From positions 1,956 through 65,955 of the forward strand of contig CAYRKB010000003.1 of assembly GCA_964424705.1 (NCBI GenBank): 64,000 bases of DNA, written 5' to 3'. The position numbers and the translations under genes were made by a program. This document shows positions 19,499-29,005 of the stretch, in pieces. This DNA is from an uncultured Victivallales bacterium. GTDB lineage: Bacteria > Verrucomicrobiota > Kiritimatiellia > UBA8416 > CAYRKB01. The first letter of the stretch is position 1. Each line of letters begins with the position of its first letter. The notes under the pieces were generated by a model that saw nothing but the letters and a program-made list of their open reading frames with translations, made no database searches and was not told the origin of the DNA.

Positions 19499-20185
19499 AT
19501 GGCTTTTCTGAAAGAATTGAAGAAGGGGCTGTGGGACGAAATTCCGGTCTTTCGCGTCGTGCTCGGCATGTGCCCCACGCTGGCCGTGACCACCTCCGTG
19601 GAAAATGGAATTGGCATGGGCGTTGCCGCGACGTTTGTGCTTCTGTGCTCCAACATCGCGGTGTCGGCCCTGCGCAACGTGATTCCCGGGAAGGTGCGCA
19701 TTCCCTGCTTCATTGTCATCGCCGCAACGTTCACGACCATCACGGATCTGATGATGAACGGGTTCGCGCACGAGGTGCACAAGAGTCTTGGGATCTTCAT
19801 TCCCCTGATCGTGGTCAACTGCATCATCCTTGGACGCGCGGAAGCCTTCGCCTCCAAGAACCGGGTATTGGACTCCGTCGCGGATGCCGTGGGCATGGGC
19901 CTGGGCTTTACGCTGGCCCTGTGTGTGGTGGGGCTGATCCGCGAGGTGCTGGGCAACGGAACCCTCACCCTGTGGCGCGATCTGGGGCTGCAGTGGACGA
20001 TTCCCGGCGCGACAAGCCCCGCGCTGATGATGGTGCTGGCGCCGGGCGGATTCATCACGCTCGGCTGCATCCTGGCGCTGATGAACCGGATTGAAATGGC
20101 GCGCGCGGCGCGGCGCGGCGCCTCCTACTCTCCTCCGGCCGGGATGGACTGCCGCCACTGCATGATCTGCAAGTGGGGCGAGTAG
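19499..20185 (+). CDS. rnfE: Rnf complex subunit E
   Basis: RnfE/NqrD family membrane protein (LGMCPTLAVTTS...; IFIPLIVVNCIILGR). Confidence 0.85.
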   Translation: MAFLKELKKGLWDEIPVFRVVLGMCPTLAVTTSVENGIGMGVAATFVLLCSNIAVSALRNVIPGKVRIPCFIVIAATFTTITDLMMNGFAHEVHKSLGIFIPLIVVNCIILGRAEAFASKNRVLDSVADAVGMGLGFTLALCVVGLIREVLGNGTLTLWRDLGLQWTIPGATSPALMMVLAPGGFITLGCILALMNRIEMARAARRGASYSPPAGMDCRHCMICKWGE

Positions 20186-20199
20186 CGGCGCGGCGGGGG

Positions 20200-20631
20200 C
20201 TACGCCGCTTTCACGCGACGTGTGTAATGCGTCACGAAATTCCGGATGATCTCGTCCTTCGTGATATCTGTGAGGGTGTAGGGCGGCGTGGCGCTGCGGA
20301 ACATACTTTCCGTGGTCACGTAGCGCAGGCCCTTGCGTTCCCGGGTCCGGACTTCGGCAAACGGCAGGATGCGGTTCGGCATGGTCTTGGCCTGGATGCG
20401 GAACAGCATTTCCTCCTCGCCGTTGTAGCTCACGAGAATCTGCGCCGAGGCCGCGGAGCTGCGCACCGTGGCGCTTCGGCCGTGCTTACCGAGTTCAAGC
20501 ACCAGTTCTTCGAACGCAGGGATCACGACCGACGTGAGGAAGAGCGACCATTCGCCCGCCTCCTTGTCCTGTCTCGCTTTCTTATCCGTTGCGGCAATAA
20601 AGCCGCCAAGCCGATCGCGCCAGTCAGCCAT
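20200..20631 (-). CDS. Hypothetical protein
   Basis: ORF with a strong GGAGG RBS 6 nt upstream of the ATG at 20631 (MADWRDRLGG...). No recognisable motif. Confidence 0.45.
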   Translation of the reverse strand: MADWRDRLGGFIAATDKKARQDKEAGEWSLFLTSVVIPAFEELVLELGKHGRSATVRSSAASAQILVSYNGEEEMLFRIQAKTMPNRILPFAEVRTRERKGLRYVTTESMFRSATPPYTLTDITKDEIIRNFVTHYTRRVKAA

Positions 20632-20722
20632 GGCCCCTCCTTCAGGGTGGATGTGGGGTCGTTTATACCATCCGGCCGTCGACAAATCAAGCCAGTTGGA
20701 CAATAACAGTCGGTCTGGGGTG

Positions 20723-20952
20723 CGATAGCAATAAGTTGCAATCGCACAGAATTCAGAAGCCAGAAGCTAGAATTCAGGAGTCAGGAGGGCAAGTCGAAGC
20801 TTAATGCCACTTTTCATAATGTTGTGTGCGTCCTCTTTGTTGAGGACACGATATTGGACGGCAAGTTCTGATGTAACGTTTTGGGAATCAATGCTGAATT
20901 CTGGCTCCTGTATTCTGACGCCTTGGTGCGATTGCAGCTTATTGCAATCGCG
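20723..20952. repeat. 230-bp segment bounded by inverted, individually hairpin-forming 26-bp repeats (gcgatNgcaataagNtgcaatcgcac)
   Basis: Repeat 1 is at 20723-20748. Repeat 2 (20927-20952) is its reverse complement with 2 mismatches. The enclosed region contains EcoRI-like gaattc-motif repeats and a 69-aa ORF of doubtful reality. Confidence 0.5.
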
Positions 20953-21018
20953 CCCTTTGCCTTTCTTTCGGGGCATTCAGGCTGGCGTTCACCCCGAGCG
21001 GTTTGATAATCTGCGTCG

Positions 21019-22254
21019 ATGCCTGCAACAGGGAACCTGTTTCGAACTGCGAGGCGCGTGTTTCCAGCGGCAATCTGGTGCGTTGCCGCGTGCGCTGCGT
21101 ATTGGCTGCCGCCGGTGGCGGTCGCCGCGCCGCCGCCGGCAAGAAACATCATCCTCTGCATCGGCGACGGCACGGGGCTGGAGCAGATCAAGGCTGGCGG
21201 CTGGTTCATGGGCACAAATCTCTGCTTCGAAGCATGGACGAACACTGCCTCTGTGACGACCTGCTCTGCCAGCGACGCCACCACCGACTCCGCCGCGGCC
21301 GGCACGGCCCTGGCGACAGGGCACAAGGTTAACAACGGCGTCATTTCCATGGCCATCCCAGGCGACGGCGGGGACTATGAGACCTTTCTGGAATACGTGA
21401 AGAGCCTTGGGAAAAGGACCGGCCTCGTCACCACGACGCGCGTCACCGATGCCACGCCCGCTGCATTTGGTGCGCACGAGCCGAGCCGCGGGAACACCTC
21501 GCAAATCGCCGAGGACTACATGGCGCGGAGCCGGCCGAACGTGCTTCTCGGCGGCGGCGAGGCCGGCATGTCCGTCGCGGGCGCTGCCGCCGCAGGCTAC
21601 GCCGTGGTTACGAACCTTGCCGGACTTCAGGCCCTGAATACGGCGACGGAGGCCTTTGTATCCGGCCAGTTCGGCTCGGGCGACATGCCCTACGAGCAGG
21701 ACGGCTTGGGCGCCCTGCCGCATCTTGCTGACATGGCCGCTGCGGCCCTGAACATTCTGCAGCACGGAACGAACGGCTTCTTCCTGATGGTCGAGGGCGG
21801 GCTGATCGACCATGCGTGTCATGGCAACGACATAGGGCGTTGCGTGCGGGAAGTCGCCGAGTTTGACAAGACCGTGCGGGCCGTCCTGAACTGGTGCAGC
21901 AACCGGACCGATACGCTCGTTCTGGTGACGGCAGACCACGAAACCGGAGGGCTCGCCGCCGCGGGCAACAATGGTGCGGGGAACAATCCCGCGGCTACGT
22001 GGACGACCACCGGGCACACGCCGGCGAACGTCGGGCTCTGGGCGCGCGGCCAGAACGCAGAATTGTTCGCTGGCGTTTTGGACAACACAGACGTAGCCAG
22101 AATCATGAGAGTCGCCGTCACGGAGAGCCCCGCCAGAAAAGCAGAAGCCCTGCAAAAAGCAAAAACCGCAGCACCCAGGCCGCGGCGTTTGCTTACGCCC
22201 AAAGGGCGCTCCTGTTGGTCAGTAGGACGAGGAAGTAAATCCACCTCTCGGTAG
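21019..22254 (+). CDS. phoA: Alkaline phosphatase (PhoA family), secreted
   Basis: CIGDGTGLEQI (Asp/Thr metal-binding region), TDSAAAGTALATGHK (nucleophile Ser region), LMVEGGLIDHACHGND and TADHETGG. Confidence 0.8.
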   Translation: MPATGNLFRTARRVFPAAIWCVAACAAYWLPPVAVAAPPPARNIILCIGDGTGLEQIKAGGWFMGTNLCFEAWTNTASVTTCSASDATTDSAAAGTALATGHKVNNGVISMAIPGDGGDYETFLEYVKSLGKRTGLVTTTRVTDATPAAFGAHEPSRGNTSQIAEDYMARSRPNVLLGGGEAGMSVAGAAAAGYAVVTNLAGLQALNTATEAFVSGQFGSGDMPYEQDGLGALPHLADMAAAALNILQHGTNGFFLMVEGGLIDHACHGNDIGRCVREVAEFDKTVRAVLNWCSNRTDTLVLVTADHETGGLAAAGNNGAGNNPAATWTTTGHTPANVGLWARGQNAELFAGVLDNTDVARIMRVAVTESPARKAEALQKAKTAAPRPRRLLTPKGRSCWSVGRGSKSTSR

Positions 22255-22793
22255 CCTTCCTATTTGTCAAACCAACCAGAGGACGCCTTTTTTGAAAGCA
22301 CCGTCTGTGCCATTCTTCAAAGTGCTTCGCGATTCTTGCGACTCTTCTTTATGATGGGGCCCGTGCACAATGATCTTGTCGGGGCACTTTGATGTATACT
22401 TTCAACACAACAAGATTTAGTGCAAAAACTTGCAATCATGTAGCGGCTGATATGTTTCCGCGTTATTCAACATTCTCAGACGTGATTCAGGATAACAATC
22501 CTGACCATATAGACGTCCAAGCCATTTCGAGGAATCCTCTCCGCTCGCGCGTGTCTCACTGAGTGTCTCATTTCTGACTGGTGATACACCGGCGGATAGG
22601 TCCGTTCACCATCAGAGGCCTCTGGGCATACGGGCAGGCCGGACATGGCGCAAAAGTCACGCGAGGCATGCTCAAGAATTGAGGTTGACCTGAGGCCCGA
22701 AATCCTTACCATACCTCACTTGTTTGAACAGCGGGCACGGCCTCGCTCGAAGGTCGGCCGGTGCAATAAGACATCAAGGCGAAGGATCAAGCT

Positions 22794-23894
22794 ATGGCAA
22801 TGATTGATTTTGGCGGAACGCAGGAGCGTGTGGTGACGCGTAAAGAGTTTCCCATGAGCCGCGCGAAGAAGGTGTTGAAGAAGGAAACGATCGCAATTAT
22901 CGGATATGGCGTGCAGGGCCCTGCGCAAGCCCTGAACCTTAAGGACAACGGGTTTGGCGTCATCATAGGGCAGGACCCGAAGTTCAAGCGTGACTGGGAG
23001 CGCGCGTGCAAGGACGGCTGGGTTCCCGGGAAGACTCTTTTCGACGTGCCGGAGGCCACGCGCCGCGGCACCGTGATTCAGGTGCTGATCAGCGACGCAG
23101 CCCAGCGCGAGGTGTGGCCTGTGATCCGGCGGAATCTGAAGCCGGGCGATGCCCTCTATTTTTCGCACGGCTTCTCCATCGTATACAAGGAGCAGACCCG
23201 TGTCGTTCCGCCGCGGGACGTGGACGTGATCATGGTCGCGCCCAAGGGCTCGGGCACGTCTGTGCGCCGGAACTTCCTCTCGGGTGCGGGAATCAACTCC
23301 AGCTACGCCGTCTTTCAGGATGCGACCGGCCGCGCCGAAGAACGCTGCATCGCCCTCGGGATCGGCATTGGCTCCGGATATCTCTTCCCGACCACGTTCC
23401 AGAACGAGGTCTTCAGCGACCTGACGGGCGAGCGCGGCGTGCTGATGGGCGCGCTGGCGGGCGTCATGGAGGCGCAGTACGAAGTGCTGCGGAAGAACGG
23501 GCACAGCCCCAGCGAAGCGTTCAACGAGACGGTGGAGGAGCTGACGCAGAGCCTGATTCGCCTCGTCGACGAGAACGGGATGGACTGGATGTTCTCGAAC
23601 TGTTCGGCCACGGCCCAGCGCGGCGCGCTGGACTGGAAGCCAAAGTTCAAGAAGGCCACGCTGCCGGTTTTTCACGCGCTCTACAAGGCGGTCAAGATCG
23701 GCAAGGAAACCCGCCGCGTGATCTCCGCGTGCGGCAAGCCGAACTACAAGCAGCTGCTCGACAAGGAGCTAGCCATCATGGGCAATTCGGAGATGTGGCA
23801 AGCCGGCGCGGCGGCGCGAAGCTTGCGCCCGCACGAAAAGGCCAAGGCGATTACCGGAATGACGAAGGGTATCTCCGGCCGCAGGTCGAACTGA
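22794..23894 (+). CDS. ilvC: Ketol-acid reductoisomerase (class I)
   Basis: IAIIGYGVQGPAQALNLKDNG Rossmann motif, GFSIVY, and the C-terminal helical domain. Confidence 0.9.
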   Translation: MAMIDFGGTQERVVTRKEFPMSRAKKVLKKETIAIIGYGVQGPAQALNLKDNGFGVIIGQDPKFKRDWERACKDGWVPGKTLFDVPEATRRGTVIQVLISDAAQREVWPVIRRNLKPGDALYFSHGFSIVYKEQTRVVPPRDVDVIMVAPKGSGTSVRRNFLSGAGINSSYAVFQDATGRAEERCIALGIGIGSGYLFPTTFQNEVFSDLTGERGVLMGALAGVMEAQYEVLRKNGHSPSEAFNETVEELTQSLIRLVDENGMDWMFSNCSATAQRGALDWKPKFKKATLPVFHALYKAVKIGKETRRVISACGKPNYKQLLDKELAIMGNSEMWQAGAAARSLRPHEKAKAITGMTKGISGRRSN

Positions 23895-23980
23895 CGATCT
23901 TTGGCGGCGGGGGGCGCGGAAGCGCGCCTCCTCCGGCCGTGACCACGCGATGAGAAGCAGGACTTAGGGGAACACTCACG

Positions 23981-24727
23981 ATGAGCGAGCAAGAAGGCAA
24001 GGGCCCGTCCGCGGAACAAGTGCGCGTCGCATCGACCGAGCACGACGAGCTGCGCATGATCAGGCAGCAGTTCGATACGCACGGCAAATCGCTCCTGATC
24101 GTGATCGCTGTTGTGATTGTGGCCGCGTTGGGCTTTTCATTCTTCAAGGGGAGGAAAGAAGCCGCCAGCGCGGAAGCCGCCGCAATGCTTTCCAAGACGA
24201 AGGGCGTGCCCGACCTTGACAACTTGGTCTCGCACTATCCGTCCGCCCCCGTGGTGCCGCTGGCCCTTCTGAAGCTTGCGAAAGCGCACTTCGACGCAGG
24301 CAGCTACGATCTGGCCATCAGCAAGTATGATGAGTTCAGCCAGAAGCATCCGCAGCATCCGTTCGTTCTTGCCGCTGCGCTCGGCAAACTGCATTGCCAG
24401 GAGGCGCAGGGCCTGACGGAGCAGGCGCTGGCTGGCTTTGCTGCGTTCGTCACCGATCATCCGAAGCACTTTCTGGTGACGGAGGCCGTATTCGGCAAGG
24501 GGCGGTGCCTCGAGGCTCTCGGCCGCACGCAGGAAGCGAAGGTGCTATACGAGGATCTTCTGGCGCAGGATCGCGAGGGCCCGTGGGCCAGCCGGGCGGA
24601 AGAGCAAATCGCAATCCTCAGGAGGAAGCTTGGGGAGAACCCTCAAGAAGTTCCGGAAGCAAAGCTGATCGTGAACCAACCCGCCGGGGACGATGACCCC
24701 GCGGCGCCCCCCCCTGCAGAGCCTTAA
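23981..24727 (+). CDS. Membrane-anchored tetratricopeptide-repeat protein (YfgM-like)
   Basis: One TM helix (LLIVIAVVIVAALGFSFF) followed by TPR-like helical repeats and a Pro-rich tail. Confidence 0.55.
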   Translation: MSEQEGKGPSAEQVRVASTEHDELRMIRQQFDTHGKSLLIVIAVVIVAALGFSFFKGRKEAASAEAAAMLSKTKGVPDLDNLVSHYPSAPVVPLALLKLAKAHFDAGSYDLAISKYDEFSQKHPQHPFVLAAALGKLHCQEAQGLTEQALAGFAAFVTDHPKHFLVTEAVFGKGRCLEALGRTQEAKVLYEDLLAQDREGPWASRAEEQIAILRRKLGENPQEVPEAKLIVNQPAGDDDPAAPPPAEP

Positions 24728-24743
24728 GGAAGTGCCCGGCGGC

Positions 24744-24977
24744 TCAGCCCGCGCCTTTGTCTTTGCTGTCCTTTGCGTCGTCGGCATCCTTCGCTTCGCC
24801 GTCGGGCTTGCCGGGACCTTCTTCGCGCCCCTTCTTAAACTCGCTCAGGCTCTTGCCCAGCGAGCGGGCCAGATCGGGAAGGCGCTTTGCGCCGAAGAAC
24901 AGCATCACGACCAACAGGATGGGAATCCACTCTCCCGGGCCGGGAAGACTTAGTGCGATACAAGGCAGTAGGTTCAT
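24744..24977 (-). CDS. tatA: Twin-arginine translocase subunit TatA/E
   Basis: [34 protein letters not shown] gives a TM helix plus the conserved FG-hinge amphipathic helix. Confidence 0.75.
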   Translation of the reverse strand: MNLLPCIALSLPGPGEWIPILLVVMLFFGAKRLPDLARSLGKSLSEFKKGREEGPGKPDGEAKDADDAKDSKDKGAG

Positions 24978-25069
24978 GTTGGCGCTCTCTCTTGTCCTCT
25001 TGTCTTGGACAGCGATACTTCGAAAGCATCCCTATTGCAATCTCAAACTGGCCTGCGCCCGCGCCCGGG

Positions 25070-25262
25070 GCGCATGTGAGTTCCGGGGATCGCCGCCCGG
25101 GGGAGGATGCGGCGAAGCTCGGAGAGAACGCGGCGGGGTCGCCGCATCTCCAGTCGGAGTTGCCCGTTGTCGCTCCCGGCTTGCTTCTGGAGTCGCGACG
25201 CCCTCGTCGCGGAGATAAAGAAACGCGCCTGAACAGACAACTCCCCGGAACTCACATGCGCC
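25070..25262 (-). mobile_element. MITE-like element copy 2 (opposite orientation to copy 1)
   Basis: Same 20-bp TIRs and the same internal sequence, reverse-complemented. Flanked by ccgcgccc on both sides (putative 8-9-bp target-site duplication). Confidence 0.8.
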
Positions 25263-26105
25263 CCCGCGCCCGCCGCTTCACGGCTTGGACGCAGTGCGTG
25301 CTTGATTGGCCGGGAACTCTGCATTCTCGCTCCAGTAGCGGCCCAGTTCCTTCATACCGGGCATGTTGCGAATCCATGAGGACAATGTCAGGCCGGTTGG
25401 TGCGCGTGCGCGTGTTCTCAGTGCCTTTTCAGGGACTTGAGCAGCTCCTCGCCATTGGGTCCACGCTTCCCTTTATGATGGCCGGTTCGTTGGCCGGTGT
25501 CAACGCGAAGAAGACCGACCGGCGGAAATGCCTCAGTGACGCAGGGGGGCTTCGGTAGGGACGCCTCTCCGAGGCCACCGCGGACGGTCCGGAGGTCCGT
25601 CCCTACCTCTGAGCGCCACCCGGTGACTGAGACGATACCCGGCGCGCCGGTCGTAAAAGAAGTGGGCCGCCGCGTCAGCGCGACGGCCCCGGCACCGAAC
25701 ACCCTGCAGAGCGCCCTACCAATCTCCTTTGTGCCCTTACGTAAGCACCACTACTTGCTTGCTGACTGAGGCCGCTCATCAGGGCCATCATTACAGAAAT
25801 CCTAACCCCACCTTTCACCCTCCTTTCGCTAAGAGAGTTTACCGACACCCGTCATGTAGCATAGCGGATGCCAAGATCGATCAGCTGCAGCGACAACTGT
25901 AAGTTGCTGTAGGACAGTATGGTACATTCAGACACCGATCGCCTATCGGACTGCCATGTCTCGCGAAGGTGTCAGGCGAATGTGTCGGTCGTGTCTCGCG
26001 GTGGCACCGGCTCTTCGGCGGCAATCGGCGTGACCCGGCGCAGTCTTTGACAAACCCGTGTTGGACTGATAAGTAGAGGCGCGGATTACCGAGCAAGGAG
26101 ACAAC

Positions 26106-27461
26106 ATGATTCGGTGGGCACTGGCGATTCTCATGGTGGGTTCGGCTGCGTTGGCGGATGCGTCGCCCGGCGCCGCGCCGAGTAAGCTGGGCGAGCTTGA
26201 AAAGCCAGGCGCTGTGCTTCTGCCGGGCGACGTTGCGGCGGTCCGCGCCCTTCTGTGGCAAAGGTATCGGGCCGAGGCGTCGCGCGATCCCGTGCGGATC
26301 GAGGAGAACAAGGCCTGTCAGCTGCGCTTTGGCTCCGTCATGCGCTACTCGTGCAAGAAGGCGGGCGAGAAGCCGGCCGCCGGCTATCCGCTCTATATCG
26401 CGCTGCACGGCGGCGGATCGGCCCCGGCCGAAGTGAACGAAGGCGCGTGGCAGAGCATGTCGAGCTGGTATCTCGGCAGCATCAAGCAGGGCCTCTACGT
26501 GGCGCCGCGCGGCATAGCCGATGAATGGAACCTGCACTCCCTGCCGGACTCGTTCCCGATGTACGACCGCCTGATCGAGAACATGATCCTGTTCGAGGAC
26601 GCCGACCCCAACCGCGTGTACCTGCTCGGGTATTCCGCGGGCGGCGACGGCGTCTACCAGATAGCGCCCCGCATGGCCGACCGCCTCGCGGCGGCCAACA
26701 TGTCCGCCGGCCACCCCAACGGCGTCGGCGGCTTGAACCTGTACAACCTGCCGTTCCTGATCCAGATGGGCGAGGTGGACACCGCCTACGACCGGCACAA
26801 GGTCGCGGCCGGCTACGCCCTGGGCCTGGATGCGCTGCAGAAGGAGTGCGGCGGAGGCTTTGTACACGACTGCTTCCTTCACCTCGACAAGGGGCACGGC
26901 ATCATTGAGCGCGATCCGGCGGAGACGCCGCAGGCCGTGATCGCGGACGTGGGAGCGTGGCTGCAGAAGGGCGACCGCACCGCCAGGCAGGTCAACGCCA
27001 ACGCCATCGTGTGGGTCCGGCAGTACGTGCGCAACCCGTGGCCCACGCGGGTGGTCTGGGACCTCAATACGCGCGCGGACCGGTCCGGCGTGAAGAGCTC
27101 AGGCGAGAAGCTGCTGTCCACGCCCAACCGCGGCAACCTTTTCTACTGGCTGGACGTCACCCAGGCGAAGGACATCGCGCCCGGGAACGATCGCATCGAC
27201 GTGCACCTGGACAAGGCGGCCAATGCCCTGGTCATCGACAAGACGGTCGGATGGCTGCGCCTGCTTCTCAACGGCAGCATGTTGGACCTGTCGAAGCCCG
27301 TGACCGTGATCGTGGGAGGGAAGACGTTCGCCGTCCCGGTAAAGCCGAGCCTGGGCACGATGCTGCGCACGCTTGAGGACCGGGGCGATCCGAACTACTG
27401 CTTCGAAGCGGCGATCACGGTCAAGAAGGACGGCGACACGTGGGCGGTGTCCGGCTCGTGA
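26106..27461 (+). CDS. Secreted alpha/beta-hydrolase family esterase
   Basis: Signal peptide and nucleophile elbow GYSAGG (GxSxG). The surrounding regions are consistent with esterase/depolymerase-type hydrolases. Confidence 0.6.
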   Translation: MIRWALAILMVGSAALADASPGAAPSKLGELEKPGAVLLPGDVAAVRALLWQRYRAEASRDPVRIEENKACQLRFGSVMRYSCKKAGEKPAAGYPLYIALHGGGSAPAEVNEGAWQSMSSWYLGSIKQGLYVAPRGIADEWNLHSLPDSFPMYDRLIENMILFEDADPNRVYLLGYSAGGDGVYQIAPRMADRLAAANMSAGHPNGVGGLNLYNLPFLIQMGEVDTAYDRHKVAAGYALGLDALQKECGGGFVHDCFLHLDKGHGIIERDPAETPQAVIADVGAWLQKGDRTARQVNANAIVWVRQYVRNPWPTRVVWDLNTRADRSGVKSSGEKLLSTPNRGNLFYWLDVTQAKDIAPGNDRIDVHLDKAANALVIDKTVGWLRLLLNGSMLDLSKPVTVIVGGKTFAVPVKPSLGTMLRTLEDRGDPNYCFEAAITVKKDGDTWAVSGS

Positions 27462-27480
27462 AGACCGGTGAGGTGCGCAG

Positions 27481-28671
27481 GTGAAGCTGAACACAATGGC
27501 GGCATATCTTTCCGCAGCCGCGCTGCTGCTTGCCGCGCTCGGGTGCGTCCGAACCGCCCCGCTTGCCGATCATCTGTCCGCGGACGTCGCGCAGGCGCTT
27601 GCCGCCGCCGGGACAAACCGGCCCCAGCTGGTGGCCGCCATGGAAGGGGTGCCGCCTTCGCAGCGCGACGGGATGCGGTTCCTTATCTCCAACATGCCGC
27701 CGGGGGACGCCGCTTCTTTGCGCGCCGGCTTTCTGGTCGACCACGTCACGAACGCATACGCGGTGATGGATGAAGTGGCCTGGGGCCGCAGCATTCCCGA
27801 TGATGTCTTTCTCGACAGCATCCTGCCCTACGCGGTGGTCAACGAGCGCCGCGAAACCTGGCGCGCCGACTTCCGCGCCCGGTTCCTGCCCCTTGTGCGC
27901 GACTGCGCGACGCCCTCGCAGGCCGCCGTGCGCCTGAACCAGAAGATTTTCGGGACCTTCGGCGTCTTCTATTCCCCGGAGCGGCTCAAGCCCGACCAGA
28001 GCTCTTACGAGTCCATCGAGTACAAGAAGGCGTCCTGCACGGGCCTGTCGATCCTGCTCATTGCCGCCTGCCGGTCGGTCGGCGTGCCGGCGCGCTTCGC
28101 GGGGACGCCGCTGTGGGCCGACGGCAGCGGCAACCATTCCTGGGTGGAGATCTGGGACGGCGGCTGGCACTTCACCGGCGCGGCCGAGCCCGCCGGCGAT
28201 GCCCTGGACCGCTCCTGGTTCGTGCGCCGGGCCTCGGAGGCGCAGCGCGATAACCCGACGCAGGCAATCTATGCAGTCTCGTTCCGGCGCACGCCCCTGT
28301 ACTTCCCCATGGTGTGGGCTCCCACGAACCGGGAGGTGGCGGCGGTCAATGTGACGGACCGCTACACGCGCGGCAGCGCGGAGCCCCCCGCCGGCGCGCG
28401 CCTCGTGGGCTTCGCCGTCCTGGCGGCGCCGGGTGGCCGCCGTGTCGCCGCGCGCGTTCGCGTGACCGCGGCGGAGACCGGCGCGCCGGCCTTCGAGGGC
28501 GAGGCCAAGGATGACCGCTTCGACCTGAACGATGTTCTGGAGGCCTACCTGCCGTCCAGCGGAACCTATCGCGTCGAGGCCCTCTACAAGGACCAGCGCG
28601 TGGAGACGAATCTGCCGCCGGGCTCCGCCGCGGGGAGCGTTGTGCTCGCGTTCCCCGGCCCCGGCAAGTGA
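27481..28671 (+). CDS. Transglutaminase-like superfamily lipoprotein
   Basis: Lipobox LAALGC. The Cys-His core ASCTGLSILLIAACRSVGVPAR ... GNHSWVEIWDGGWHF is characteristic of transglutaminase-like cysteine proteases. Confidence 0.65.
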   Translation: MKLNTMAAYLSAAALLLAALGCVRTAPLADHLSADVAQALAAAGTNRPQLVAAMEGVPPSQRDGMRFLISNMPPGDAASLRAGFLVDHVTNAYAVMDEVAWGRSIPDDVFLDSILPYAVVNERRETWRADFRARFLPLVRDCATPSQAAVRLNQKIFGTFGVFYSPERLKPDQSSYESIEYKKASCTGLSILLIAACRSVGVPARFAGTPLWADGSGNHSWVEIWDGGWHFTGAAEPAGDALDRSWFVRRASEAQRDNPTQAIYAVSFRRTPLYFPMVWAPTNREVAAVNVTDRYTRGSAEPPAGARLVGFAVLAAPGGRRVAARVRVTAAETGAPAFEGEAKDDRFDLNDVLEAYLPSSGTYRVEALYKDQRVETNLPPGSAAGSVVLAFPGPGK

Positions 28672-28694
28672 GGTGCGCATCGTGACAAAGAGAA

Positions 28695-28996
28695 TGAATC
28701 GCGCCGCCTGGTCCATCACGATGGCGGTTGTTCTGCTGGCCGTGTCGGCGGGGGTCTACTGGCTCCAGCTGGCCGTCTTTCACCTCGCCGACGAGCTGGC
28801 CCATCGGTCGGATCTCGCATCGCTTCCGGACGCCGACCGGAAGCACCTCGCCGGCGACCTCGACCGCGCCTACAAGTGTGTCGCGGCGGAATGGCTTTTG
28901 CACATGATGAACCTGAAGCGGGATTACCCGTATCTGTTCTCGCTGGCCCTGCGCACGAACCCGTTCGATGCGTCCGCCCGCGTGGAAGTAGGGTAG
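28695..28996 (+). CDS. Small membrane protein, hypothetical
   Basis: One TM helix (WSITMAVVLLAVSAGVYWLQLAVF), between two same-strand genes. Weak evidence. Confidence 0.3.
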
Positions 28997-29005
28997 GAGC
29001 TGCGC

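Noticed and set aside
20767-20976. 69-aa Lys/Arg-rich ORF inside the hairpin-bounded 230-bp segment
   Set aside because: It is short and entirely within a repeat-structured region, with weak coding signal. It may be real, for example a small basic protein, but there is insufficient evidence.
20989-22155. 388-aa minus-strand ORF opposite the alkaline phosphatase gene
   Set aside because: The plus strand shows unambiguous PhoA active-site motifs. The antisense ORF is Arg/Gly-rich junk.
22716-23675. 319-aa minus-strand ORF opposite ilvC
   Set aside because: ilvC on the plus strand is unambiguous.
25263-26105. Looked for tmRNA, RNase P RNA, SRP RNA or a cobalamin riboswitch in the structured intergenic region
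   Set aside because: No tag-peptide reading frame ending in ...ALAA plus tRNA-like 3' end. No GGAAAGTCCGGGCTCC-type P4 sequence. No B12 box. Only the generic 'structured' observation was retained.
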